NCBI GenBank assembly: GCA_963851265.1
Contig: CAWKNZ010000002.1
Coordinates: forward strand, 864,001-928,000
From: an uncultured Gemmatimonadales bacterium
GTDB taxonomy: Bacteria; Gemmatimonadota; Gemmatimonadetes; Gemmatimonadales; Gemmatimonadaceae
Length of the DNA stretch: 64,000 bases
Direction of reading: 5' to 3'
Shown one piece after another: positions 11,095-21,669 of this stretch; within the stretch, counting starts at the first letter, position 1; the number at the start of each line of letters is the position of its first letter. The notes beneath the pieces are model-generated. The model was not told the origin of the DNA. It worked only from the letters and a program-made list of their open reading frames with translations, and searched no databases. Both the position numbers and the translations under genes were made by a program.

Positions 11095-13185
11095 TCACCC
11101 GGCCGTCGCACCGGTGCCCAGCGCCCGAAGACTGGCCGCCAGCGCGTGGTCGAGGAATCGGCCGAAGAGGGCGAGCGCCGCCTCGACGTCCACTTCCGGG
11201 CCCCCGCTCACGCGGCGGCGAACCGCGGCGGCCAGCTCCTCGTGTAGAATCTCGAACTCGCGCCGCACCTCGGCGGCCGACCATCCGAGCCGCGCGCGCT
11301 GCGCCCCGTGCCGCTCGGCGATGAGGCGCTGGATCGCGGTCCCGTCGCGAAGGTCCGCCGATGGCGCGCCGCGTGCCGCCTCGATCGCCGAAAGGCACTG
11401 CGCCATGTCGGCGAGGAACGTCACCGTATGGTCCTCGAGTTGGGCGTCGTTCAACGCGTGCGCACTCGGCACGGCCGGATCACGCCGCAGTCGCTCTGCG
11501 TAGCCGGTGAGCACCCGCTCGACCTCGTCCAGCGCGGCGTCGCCGATCAAGCCGAGGCCGCGGGCGTACCGGCTCGGGCCACGCCGCTCGGTGGCGGGCA
11601 CCGGCGGGAGCGCGTCCGGGTCGGGCGCGGGGAGCCAGACGAAAAACGTCGATCCTTCACCCGGCGCGCTGCGCGCAGTCACATCGCCGCCCATCAGACG
11701 GGCGAGCTGGCGCGTGATCGCGAGCCCGAGTCCCGTGCCACCAACCGGATTGTTGCTCCGGCGCCCCACCTGCACGTACGGCTCGAAAGCCTCGGCGAGG
11801 TGCTCGGAGGCGATACCGATGCCGGTATCTTCGACGCGGAAGTAGGTCCACCCGTGCGGCGCCGCCCCGGGGCGGACCGCGGCGTCCGGGGTCGCGTTCC
11901 GCGCCCCGCCGCAGGTGAGCGTGACGCGCCCGCCGGGCGCCGTGAACTTGACCGCATTCGTGAGCAGGTTCACGAGCATCTGCTCGACCCGATCGGGGTC
12001 GCCCACGTACGCGTCCGCCGCGTCCAGTGGGCAGGCGTTGGTGACCCGGACCCCGCGCGCCTCGGCCTGTGGCTCGACGAGCGTGCCCGCGGCCGCCGCG
12101 GCCGTCGCGGCGCGCGCCGGGCGCGGACGAAGCTCGACCTGCCCGGCCTCGAGCTTGGCGAGGTCCAGAACCTGGTTCACGACGCCGAGGAGGTGCCGCC
12201 CGCTCAGCCGCACGCGCTCGAGGTACAGGCGCTGCTGCGACGTGAGCGGGCCCGGGATCCCGAGATCGAGGAGGTCGACGTAGCCGATGATCGCATTGAT
12301 CGGCGTACGGATGTCGTGGCTCGTCGCGGCGAGCGCCTGGCTCTTCGCTCGGTTGGCCGCCTCGGCGGTTGCCTTGGCCTCCGCGAGCGCCGCTTCTGCA
12401 CGTTTTCGCGACGTGACGTCGCGGAGGATCGTGGCCGCGCTCACAGGGCGCCCCGTTTCGTCGAGCACCGGGGAGACCGTGAGGGAGACTTCGATCCGGC
12501 GGCCGTCCCGGCGGAGCCGCACCGTGTCGTACGACGCGACGCGCTCGCCGCGCCCGACGCGCTCGAGAATGCCGCGCTCCTCCTCGTGGAGTTCGGGCGG
12601 GATGATCAGCGCAACGGGTCGGCCGACGGCCTCGGCCGCCGGGTAGCCGAGCAGGCGCTCGGCCGTGGCATTCCAGCTCAGGATGCGCTCGCCGTCCAGC
12701 GCCTTGGTCAGAATTGCGTCTTCCGACGACTCGACCACGGCCGCGAGGCGCGCCCGCTCGGCCTCGAGCGCTTTCCGCTCCGAGATGTCCTGCACGACGC
12801 CGATGAAGTAGGCCGGTCGGTGCTCCGCGTCACGTACGAGGGACACGGTCAGCGCCGCCCAGACGAGCGATCCGTCGGCCCGGACGTAGCGCTTGTCCAT
12901 GCGGTAGTGCTCGACCTCGCCGGCGAGCAGGCGCGCGACGTGCCGCTCGTCCTCGGCGAGGTCGGGCGGGTAGGTAACCGCCTGAAAGGTGAGCGCCGCG
13001 AGCGCGTCGGGCGGGTAGCCGAGGATCTCGGCCAGGCGGAGGTTGAAGCGAAGCCAGCGGCCGTCGAGCCCCACGTGCGCCATTCCGACCGGCGCGCGCT
13101 CGAACGTCGCCCGGAAGCGCGCCTCGCTGTCCGCGAGGGCGTGTAGCGTGGGCGAGCCGTGCGGCGGGTCCTGGCCCGCTCTCAC
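11095..13185 (-). CDS. Cytoplasmic PAS-PAS sensor histidine kinase with an extra C-terminal helical domain (start uncertain)
   Basis: Two PAS/PAC domains; H-box SHDIRTPINAIIG; N-box NLLTNAVKFT; DTGIGI; GGTGLGLAI; about 170-aa tail. Confidence 0.88.
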   Translation of the reverse strand: MRAGQDPPHGSPTLHALADSEARFRATFERAPVGMAHVGLDGRWLRFNLRLAEILGYPPDALAALTFQAVTYPPDLAEDERHVARLLAGEVEHYRMDKRYVRADGSLVWAALTVSLVRDAEHRPAYFIGVVQDISERKALEAERARLAAVVESSEDAILTKALDGERILSWNATAERLLGYPAAEAVGRPVALIIPPELHEEERGILERVGRGERVASYDTVRLRRDGRRIEVSLTVSPVLDETGRPVSAATILRDVTSRKRAEAALAEAKATAEAANRAKSQALAATSHDIRTPINAIIGYVDLLDLGIPGPLTSQQRLYLERVRLSGRHLLGVVNQVLDLAKLEAGQVELRPRPARAATAAAAAGTLVEPQAEARGVRVTNACPLDAADAYVGDPDRVEQMLVNLLTNAVKFTAPGGRVTLTCGGARNATPDAAVRPGAAPHGWTYFRVEDTGIGIASEHLAEAFEPYVQVGRRSNNPVGGTGLGLAITRQLARLMGGDVTARSAPGEGSTFFVWLPAPDPDALPPVPATERRGPSRYARGLGLIGDAALDEVERVLTGYAERLRRDPAVPSAHALNDAQLEDHTVTFLADMAQCLSAIEAARGAPSADLRDGTAIQRLIAERHGAQRARLGWSAAEVRREFEILHEELAAAVRRRVSGGPEVDVEAALALFGRFLDHALAASLRALGTGATAG

Positions 13186-13657
13186 GCAGACACTCGCGAA
13201 ACGCCGTCGCGCGGCGGGGTGGGGCGCCCGGGTGCTCGCCCGTCCTGCGGCCGACGGAATACAGATACCGCGTCGATGGCTCGTATCACGAACACGCTCC
13301 CGATTCGATGAGCGGGGCCGGAAATGCAGACCGCTTGCCACCGCGCCGCAGTCCGGCGCCGCGCAGTCCGGTCGCGTGTGACGCGGATGCGTGCGGGCGC
13401 GAAGTGCCGTTGCCGTCGCCCCAGCCGTCTCGGTGACGCTCCGCTGCGCCGCCGCGTCTTGTGTCGGGTGCCGCCTCTGGTCGATACGTTCGACGGCGGG
13501 GTGCGCGGGTCCGGCGTGGCTTGGGTGTGGGCGGGTGGCGGGATGGGGCAACGCGGGTCGTTTGGGCCGCGCAGGTTGCCCCGCCGTGATCGGCGCCGTG
13601 CGGTGGGAGCGCACGGCGCCGACGTCATGGTCCCCCGCCATCCCACCACACTGTCGC

Positions 13658-16571
13658 ATGACGAGCCTCCCCGCCGAACCTGTCAGCTCCGTGACCACCA
13701 CGCGACCCGCGCTCGCCGGCCGCGTCGATGCGTGCCCCGATGCCCGCATCGTGGTCGATGCCGATGCCGTGTTGCGCTTCGCGAGCCCCGCAATGCTCCG
13801 AACGTTCGGCTACGAGCCCGAGGCGCTCGTCGGTACACGGGCGGACACGCTGGTCCACGCCGATGACTGGCCGGCGGCACTCGCGGCGATCACGCACGCC
13901 CGGCTGCAGCCGGGGACCACCCAGACCGCCGAGGTCCGCGTGCGCGACGCCGCGGGCGTACTGGCGACTCTGCGAGGCCGTCGGCCGTACGGGCGGCCCG
14001 GGCGTGTCGCTCTCCGGAGTCGTCGTCACGCTCCGCGACGTGACCGCGTGGCGCGAAGCGGAGTCGGCGCTCCGGACGAGCGAGGCACGCTTTCGCGCGC
14101 TCATCGAGCATGCCCAGGACGTGGTGGGAATCGTGGGCCTCGACGGCGTGGTGCAGTATGAGAGCCCCGCCGTCGAGCGGGTACTCGGCGTCACACCGGA
14201 GGCGCTCGTCGGTCGTGAGGTGACGGACCTCGTGCACCCCGACGACCTGCCGGCCGTGACGGCCGCGCTCGCGGCGCTGGCGCGAGCTCCGGGGAGCACG
14301 GTACCGGTCGCCTATCGGACCCGGCACGCGGACGGTTCGTGGCGCATGCTCGAGGGCGCGGCGTGGAACCTGGCGAACGACCCCGCCGTCGGCGGGGTGG
14401 TGGTCAACGTCCGCGACGTCACGGACCGTGCGGTTTCCGAGGCCGCGCTCCGTCGCAGCGAGGAGCGCTTCCGCGCGCTCAGTGCGTCGTCGCCGGTCGG
14501 CATCTTCGAGGCTGACCACGACGGCCACCTGACCTACGTGAACCCCCGGATGGAACAGATCTGGGGCGTGTCGGACGTCGAGCTGTTAGGCGACGGCTGG
14601 ACGGTGCGCGTGCACCCGGACGAGCGACCGACGGTGGTCGAGGGCTGGCGGGCCGCGCTGGCCGCGCATTCGGAGTACGAAGTCGGCTTCCGGGTCCTGC
14701 ACGCGAGCGGGGAGACCCGGTTCGTTCGGGGTCACGCCGCGCCACTCCGGGACGCCACCGGCGCCGTGGTCGGCGCGGTCGGTACGATGAAGGACCTGAC
14801 GCCTCGGTGCCGCGCCACGGAGGCGCTCGCGGAAAGTGAGGCGCGCCTCCGGCTCGCGCTGAGCGCCGGTCGCATGGCCGTCTGGGAGTTCGATCTCCAA
14901 ACCGAGGCGATGCGGCCGGATGTCGCGTGCGAAGACCCGAACCCGGCAACCGGCGAGGTTCCCGACGACTTGGGGATTCCCGCGACGTTCGCCGCGTTCC
15001 TGAACGGCATCCATCCGGACGACCGCGCGCGGATCGAGAGCGCTGGCGCGCACGCCCTGGCGACCGGGGCGGACATCGAGGAAGAGTTCCGGGTCGTGCT
15101 CCCCGACGGCGCCGTGCGGTGGCGTCACATTCGGGGGCGCGCGGTGGCGGGACCGGGCGGCGGGCCCGCGCGCCTGGTCGGCGTCGGCACCGACACGACG
15201 GACCGGAAGTCCCTCGAAGAGTCATTGGTACATCAGGCGCGCCACGACGCGCTGACCGGATTGGCCAACCGCACGCTCTTCCGGGAGCGCGTCCTGCGCG
15301 CGCTTGCGGACACGTCGGCGACCGGCGCACCGGTGCACGGCCGCGGAGGCGACCGGTTCCCGGCGGTGCTGCTCGTCGATCTCGACAACTTCAAAACGGT
15401 CAACGATTCGCTCGGGCACGCGGCCGGCGATCACCTGCTCACCGTGGCCACGGCGCGGCTGCTCGACGCCACCCGCGGCTCCGATACCGTGGCCCGGCTG
15501 GGCGGGGATGAGTTCGCGATCCTGCTCGACGGCGTGCGCGACCATTCCGAGGCGGCGGTGGTATCGGACCGCGTCGTCGCCGCGCTCACGGCCCCATTCG
15601 CGCTCGACGGCCGCGACGTCCGCGTCGGAGCCAGCGTGGGCATCGCGTTCGCGCGCGCGGGCGACGACCCCGAAGCGCTCCTCCGGAACGCCGACCTCGC
15701 GCTGTACCGCGCGAAGGCGGCGGGGAAGGGCCGCTCCGCAACGTTCGTCCCGGCGATGCACGCCGCAGCCGTCGAGCGCCTCGAACTCGAGGCCGAGCTG
15801 CGGTGCGCCGTCGCTAACGGCGACCTGACCGTACACTACCAACCCGTCGTATCGCTCGAGACGGGCGCGGTGACCGGTGCCGAGGCGCTGGTCCGGTGGC
15901 CGCATCCGGAGCGCGGGCTCGTCCCGCCGTCGACCTTCATCCCGATCGCCGAGTCGGCGGGGCTGATCGTGCCACTCGGCGGGTGGGTGCTCGAAGAGGC
16001 GTGCCGCGCGGCCGCGGGGTGGGCGACGGCGGGCATCGCCGGCGCGGATGCGTTGACCGTCGCGGTGAACGTCTCGGCGCTCCAGTTCCAACACCCGACC
16101 TTCGTTCGGGACGTGGAAGCCGCCGTCGTGGCCTCGGGGCTCCCACCATGCCGCCTGGTGCTGGAGGTGACCGAGAGCGTCGTGCTTTCCGACCTCGACG
16201 CGGCGATCTGCCGGCTGGAGGAGCTGCGCGCGCTCGGCGTCGGCCTCGCGCTCGACGATTTTGGGACCGGGTACTCCTCGCTCGCGTACCTCCAGCGGCT
16301 GCCGCTGGATGTGCTCAAGATCGACCGCGCGTTCATCGCCGAGCTGTGCGCGGACGGCAAGAGTGCAGCGCTCGCGCGCGCTGTCGTCACGTTCGCCGAC
16401 GCGCTGGAGCTGCGCACCGTGGCGGAGGGGGTCGAAACAGCGGCCCAGCACCTCGAGCTCGCGCGACTCGGCTGCGGCTTCGGGCAGGGCTACCTCTACT
16501 CCCGGCCGCTCGAGCCGGCGGCACTGGTCGAGTACATCCGGGCACACCATCCCCGCGTCCTCACCAAGTGA
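13658..16571 (+). pseudogene. Multi-PAS GGDEF-EAL protein interrupted by a frameshift near 13958; the downstream part may still be expressed
   Basis: The first PAS begins in the frame of ORF 13391-14161 (ATG 13658) and continues as YWRLCEAVGR in the frame of ORF 13728-16571; RLGGDEF, EALVRW and DDFGTGYSS are intact. Confidence 0.75.
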
Positions 16572-16871
16572 ACGCGCGTTGGGTCGGCGATGCGCCGGCC
16601 CAACGCGCGTTCACGGGAGCGGTCTGGAATAGGCTGTTCCGCCCCGGCTCGATCGAGGTAGCCCGGTGGCTCGGCACCGCTCAGTTCGACCGCGCCGGCC
16701 GCGAGTTCCGCCGCGCGCGCTCGCTCCGGAGAGCGGTCATGCCGCGCCCGGCGCGCAGGCACGCCTCATCACCGTCGCCTGCCTCCTGCGGCGCCCGACC
16801 GTCCGACGGTGCGGAGCGCCGCACGGTCGGACGGGGGTTGCTCGAAACGCGGAGTCGGTCAGCCGAACGTC

Positions 16872-18980
16872 CTAGGTTCGCAGCCGGCTCGGGCTCGGGG
16901 TGAAACGAGCACCGGCATCGGCGAGCACGCCGGTGCGACGGCGCGTCCGGCCCGGGACGGCGGCCGGTGCTGCGACCACCCGGCCCGCGGTCTCGGGCAG
17001 CGCCGTGATCGGCGCGACCGCGATCGCCGCGGCCGCGGTCTGGGCGTCCTCGATGATGAACTGGTCGACGAGGCGGCGGAGCGTCTCCGCCTCGCTCGAG
17101 AGCGCGGCACCGGCCGCGGCCGACTGTTCGGCGTTCGCGGCGGCCTGCTGTGTGACAGCGCTCACCTGCTCGACGGCGGCGCTGATCTGGGCGACACCGT
17201 CGGCCTGCTCACGCGCCCCGGCCGCGATCTCCGCGACCACCTGTGAAACCCGCTCCATCCGCCCATCGATTCCGCGCAGCGCCCCGAGCACGTCCGCGTT
17301 GAGCGCCACGCCGTCGCGCGCCCGGTCCGCCGCCGTGCCGACGAGCGCCGCGGTCCGCTGTGCAGCGTCCGCGCTTCGCCGCGCGAGGGCGCGGACCTCG
17401 TCCGCCACCACGGCGAAGCCGCGCCCCGAGTCGCCCGCGCGCGCCGCTTCGATCGCGGCGTTGAGCGCGAGCAGGTTCGTCTGGAACGCGATCTCGTCGA
17501 TGGTCTTGACGATCGCCGCCGACGCGTCGGTCGCCTCGCGGATACCGTCGACGGCGTGGGCGAGGGCGTCCACCGCGGCCACGCCGCGCACCGAGTCGGC
17601 CCGCGCCTCGTCGGTCAGGCGCTGCGCGGCGTCGGTCCGCAACGCGCTCTCCTTCGCCGTCGCGGCGAGTTCGTGCAGGCCCGACGCGATCTCCTCGACG
17701 CTCGCCGCCTGCTCCGACGCACCCGACGCCAGAAGTCCGCCGCTGCTCGCGACTTGCGCGCCCGCAGTGCTCACCCGCTCCGCGGAGGCCGCCACGCCGG
17801 TGAGTGCATGCTGGAGCGCCGCGCCCGCGGCGTTCACGGCTTCCGCGACGCGCGCGAACGCGCCGACGTACGCGCCGGTCATACGCGCCGTGACGTCCTG
17901 CGCGGCGACGCGCTCGAGAACGGCGGTCGTGTCGCCGAGCGGAGTCGCGACGGCCTGAAGCAGGGCGTTGGTCCCCCCGACGAGCGCGGCGTAGCTCCCC
18001 TCGAAGCGCTCGTCCGTGCCGCGCGCGTCGAGGTGCCCGTCACGGGCCGCGGCGACGAGCGCGTCGGTCTCGCGCAGCACGCCGGCCACCGCGTCCTGCG
18101 CCCTGGCGAACGCCGCGACGGTGGCTTGCGTCTGGGTGATGATGCCGTCCACCGCGTGCGCGAGCGCGGCGACCTCGTCGCGACCCGTGTCGTGGAGCTT
18201 CGGCGTTCGCGCGGCGAAGCGAACCGTCAGGTCGCCGCGTGCCATGGCCTCGCTCGCCTCGCCGAGGTGTGTGATGCAGGCGCGGCGGAGCTGCTCCGTG
18301 CGCTCCACCAACTGGGCGAGCGGCCGAGCGATGCTTCGCGTGCAGACGACGGCCGCGGCGATCGCGAGCAGGAGCGCGAGTGCCGTGAACGCGGCGACCG
18401 CGGCGACGCCGGACGTCGCCGTCGAGTCGGCAGCTGCGGCGGCGGTGGTCACGCGTGCGGTTACGGTCGCCCGAAATGCGTCAATCGCACTCTGGTAGGT
18501 CAGGAGCGTCGGGACGACGCGTTCGGCATAAAACGAAGCCGCGGCAACGTCGTGTCCGGCAGCGTGCAGCTTGAGAACGCTGTCGAACGCCGCCACGTGT
18601 GGTACGCGGGCCGCCGTGATGCGCGCGAGCGCCTGCCGGTCCGCGGGGGTGGTGGCCAGTGTGTCGAGCCGCGCGAGGGCCGCGTCGATCCGGGCGCGCG
18701 CCTCGCCGGCGCGGGTGCGGGCCGCGCCGACCTGGGCGGAATCGCGGATGACGAGGAGCGAGAGCTTGGTCCGCGCCGAGGCGTTCGTCGCGGCGGTCAG
18801 GTCGGCGAGCGCGACCGACGTCTTCCACGTGCGGCCGCTGAGCTCTCCTGTGAGGTTGCGCAAGGCCGCGAGCCGGCCGGCACTGATGCCCGCGACGGCG
18901 AGGAGAAGCGCGGCGACCAGGGCGAAGCCGCAGGCGAGGCGCGGCCCGATCGGGAGCGCCCGGAGCGAAGGGCGGGGCAT
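16872..18980 (-). CDS. Methyl-accepting chemotaxis protein (4HB sensor, HAMP domains)
   Basis: Two TM helices; [40 protein letters not shown] signalling hairpin. Confidence 0.93.
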   Translation of the reverse strand: MPRPSLRALPIGPRLACGFALVAALLLAVAGISAGRLAALRNLTGELSGRTWKTSVALADLTAATNASARTKLSLLVIRDSAQVGAARTRAGEARARIDAALARLDTLATTPADRQALARITAARVPHVAAFDSVLKLHAAGHDVAAASFYAERVVPTLLTYQSAIDAFRATVTARVTTAAAAADSTATSGVAAVAAFTALALLLAIAAAVVCTRSIARPLAQLVERTEQLRRACITHLGEASEAMARGDLTVRFAARTPKLHDTGRDEVAALAHAVDGIITQTQATVAAFARAQDAVAGVLRETDALVAAARDGHLDARGTDERFEGSYAALVGGTNALLQAVATPLGDTTAVLERVAAQDVTARMTGAYVGAFARVAEAVNAAGAALQHALTGVAASAERVSTAGAQVASSGGLLASGASEQAASVEEIASGLHELAATAKESALRTDAAQRLTDEARADSVRGVAAVDALAHAVDGIREATDASAAIVKTIDEIAFQTNLLALNAAIEAARAGDSGRGFAVVADEVRALARRSADAAQRTAALVGTAADRARDGVALNADVLGALRGIDGRMERVSQVVAEIAAGAREQADGVAQISAAVEQVSAVTQQAAANAEQSAAAGAALSSEAETLRRLVDQFIIEDAQTAAAAIAVAPITALPETAGRVVAAPAAVPGRTRRRTGVLADAGARFTPSPSRLRT

Positions 18981-20199
18981 GACGGGGGATTGAGAGGCGG
19001 GAGCGCCCACCCGTCACCGTGCAGGCGCCGGTCGATACGGGGCACCGCCACCGTGCGCACCCCGTCCGACCTCACCTCAGGACGAGCGTGGTCGTCCCGA
19101 GGTCAACGCGCCGGGCACGTCAGTCACGCACTCGGCCGGTCGCGCGCGGTTACGCGACGTCGCGGTCAGCGGGCGCCACGCGGTACGGCGCGCTGCCGTC
19201 CGACGCCGGGCGGCGCCACGGCGCCGGTATCGACGGCTCCGGGGCCTCCGCGATTCGGACGTCGGCGGCCGTGGGCTGCGGCGCGACGTCGCGCAACGCG
19301 GGAGCTACCAGAGCGGAACGGCGGAAGTGCTGTCGTTCGGTCCGTCGGTCCTGCAGACGGCCGGTGAGTGGTCGGCGCACGCTATAATCGAGATGCGAAT
19401 AAACTCGGCGCCACCCTGTGTGGCACCGGACCGAACGCGGCGGCGGGCGCCGCGTGCGAGACATACTCATGTTCACGGCGCGTGCCACCGGAGTGCGCGG
19501 CCGAAGGCTCCGCCCACCGAGCGACGGTCGCGACACGGTGTCGCGCGCGCGCTACGTACGCGATCGCATGCGAGCGCCGCGGAGTCGCGCGAACGCGGGT
19601 GATATCGTTGCATGATGTAGCAAAAGAGCCACGCCCGCGGTCGAGGTACGCGACCGCACGACGCGCGATGAGCCGCGCCCCGATCGCGCCCGGGACGGAC
19701 CCGCCCGCCGCGGATCCCGGCGGTAGGCTGGGCGCGCCGCACGCCGACCGTCCGAGCGCGGCACGCATGCATGAAGTCGCACCGCGCCCCGCGCCCCGCG
19801 CACGCCGTGCGTGGCGAGCGCGGATCCGACGCCGTCGTGCGTGAACTGCCCGTCCGAGATCGGAATGTTAGGCCCAATGATGACCGGCTCGACCGCAGGC
19901 GGTTCCAACAGCTCCGCCCGCGGCCGCTCGCACGCGTCGGACGGGAGCGTGCACGGCAGCCGGTTCGATTCGGCGTGGTGCGCCGAGCGCACGACGTGGT
20001 GCGTGCCGGCGTACCGCGCGTACGGTAGCGTACGCACCGCGGCGTTCGGCTCGACGTCGCACGATCGGTACGCAGTCTGCGATGCCGCCGCCCGTCCACG
20101 GACCTGCACGGCGGGTCCTGGCGCCGCGGCCGTGCGGTCGCCGCGCCAGGACGCGCGATCGTGTATTACCCAGCCTGCATCACCAGAGGAGAGCGGAGT

Positions 20200-20613
20200 A
20201 TGACGGAACTCGGGAAGGACGGCGCCACGCCGAACGCGATGGACAGGATCGGCGGCGACGGCACGGCGACGTTCCTCGGCTGTTTCAGCATCGCGCTCGG
20301 GCTCGCCGAGTTCCTCGCGCCGACCGCGATGGCCCGCGTGATCGGTGTGGCACGACCCGACGACCGCGTCGAGACGACGATGCGGACGATGGGGCTGCGC
20401 GAGATCGGCGCGGGCGTGGCGATCTTCAGCACCAACCGCTCGGCCGCGTCCGTCTGGTCGCGCGTTGCGGGCGACGCCCTCGACCTCGCGCTGCTCGGGC
20501 GCACGCTGGCGAACGCGGACAACGACCGCGGTCGGACGCTCTTCGCCACCGCGAACGTGCTCGCGATCGCGGCGCTCGACGTGCTGACGGCGCGGCGACT
20601 GTCGCGAGCGTAG
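20200..20613 (+). CDS. Small hydrophobic membrane protein
   Basis: GGAG RBS; LGCFSIALGLAEFLAP...GLREIGAG...WSRVAGDALDLALL is a recognisable conserved hypothetical pattern. Confidence 0.75.
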   Translation: MTELGKDGATPNAMDRIGGDGTATFLGCFSIALGLAEFLAPTAMARVIGVARPDDRVETTMRTMGLREIGAGVAIFSTNRSAASVWSRVAGDALDLALLGRTLANADNDRGRTLFATANVLAIAALDVLTARRLSRA

Positions 20614-20642
20614 GCCGCGCACGAACTCGATCGGACGGGCGC

Positions 20643-21662
20643 TTGCGAGCCGTCGTCATCACGCGTCCCGGCGACCCCGACGTCCTCGCCGTCGAGGACC
20701 GCCCCGCGCCCGAGCCGGGCACCGGCGAAGTGCTCGTCCGCGTGCACGCCGCCGCACTCAACCGCGCCGATCTCATGCAGCGACGCGGGGCGTACCCGCC
20801 GCCGCCGGGCGCTCCCGCTGATGTGCCCGGCCTCGAGTACGCCGGCGAGATCACGGCGTCAGGTCCGGGCGTGTACGATCGGGCCGTCGGCGACCGGGTG
20901 TTCGGACTCGTGGGCGGCGGAGCCTATGCCGAATACGTGGTGGCGCACGAACGAACGGCCGTCGTAGTGCCGGACGCGCTCGACTGGATCGGTGCGGCGG
21001 CGACGCCGGAAGCCTTCATGACGGCGCACGACGCACTGGTGCAGGCCGACGCGCGTCCCGGTGACGTCGTGCTCGTGCACGCGGCCGCGAGCGGGGTCGG
21101 GCTCGCCGCCGTGCAACTCGCGCGCGCGTTCGGCATGACCGCGCTCGGTACCGCGCGCACCGTGGCCAAGCTGGATGCGGTGCGCGATCATGGCGCGTCC
21201 GCGACCCTCGCGGTGCCGCCCGACGCCGCGCGCGATGACGCCGCGCTCCGCACGCTACTCGGCGAGTTCGTCCGCGCGCATACCGGCGGGCGCGGCGCGG
21301 ACGTCGCGCTCGACCTCGTCGGCGGTCCGTACGTGAACGCGACCCTGCACGCGCTCGCGCCGCACGGGCGCCACGTGCTCATCGGCCTCGTGGCCGGACG
21401 CGAGGGGGTCGTCGACTTCGGGCGCGTGCTCTCCGCGCGGCTCACGCTCCGCGGCACGGTGATGCGCGCCCGCCCGATCGAGGAGCGCATCGCGACGGCG
21501 CGGCGCTTCGCACACGACGTCGTCCCGCTCCTCGCGCGCGGCGCCGTCCGTCCGAGCGTGGACCGCGTCTTCGATCTGGCTGACGTGGCCGCGGCACACC
21601 ACCACTTGGAGAGCGACGCGACGACGGGCAAGGTGGTGTTGCGCGTGAGCGCCGACGCCTGA
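20643..21662 (+). CDS. NAD(P)H-quinone oxidoreductase, PIG3/MDR family
   Basis: TTG start (MRAVVITRPG); LNRADLMQRRGAYPPPPG, PGLEYAG, HAAASGVGLAAVQ, TTGKVVL. Confidence 0.9.
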   Translation: MRAVVITRPGDPDVLAVEDRPAPEPGTGEVLVRVHAAALNRADLMQRRGAYPPPPGAPADVPGLEYAGEITASGPGVYDRAVGDRVFGLVGGGAYAEYVVAHERTAVVVPDALDWIGAAATPEAFMTAHDALVQADARPGDVVLVHAAASGVGLAAVQLARAFGMTALGTARTVAKLDAVRDHGASATLAVPPDAARDDAALRTLLGEFVRAHTGGRGADVALDLVGGPYVNATLHALAPHGRHVLIGLVAGREGVVDFGRVLSARLTLRGTVMRARPIEERIATARRFAHDVVPLLARGAVRPSVDRVFDLADVAAAHHHLESDATTGKVVLRVSADA

Positions 21663-21669
21663 TGAACGC

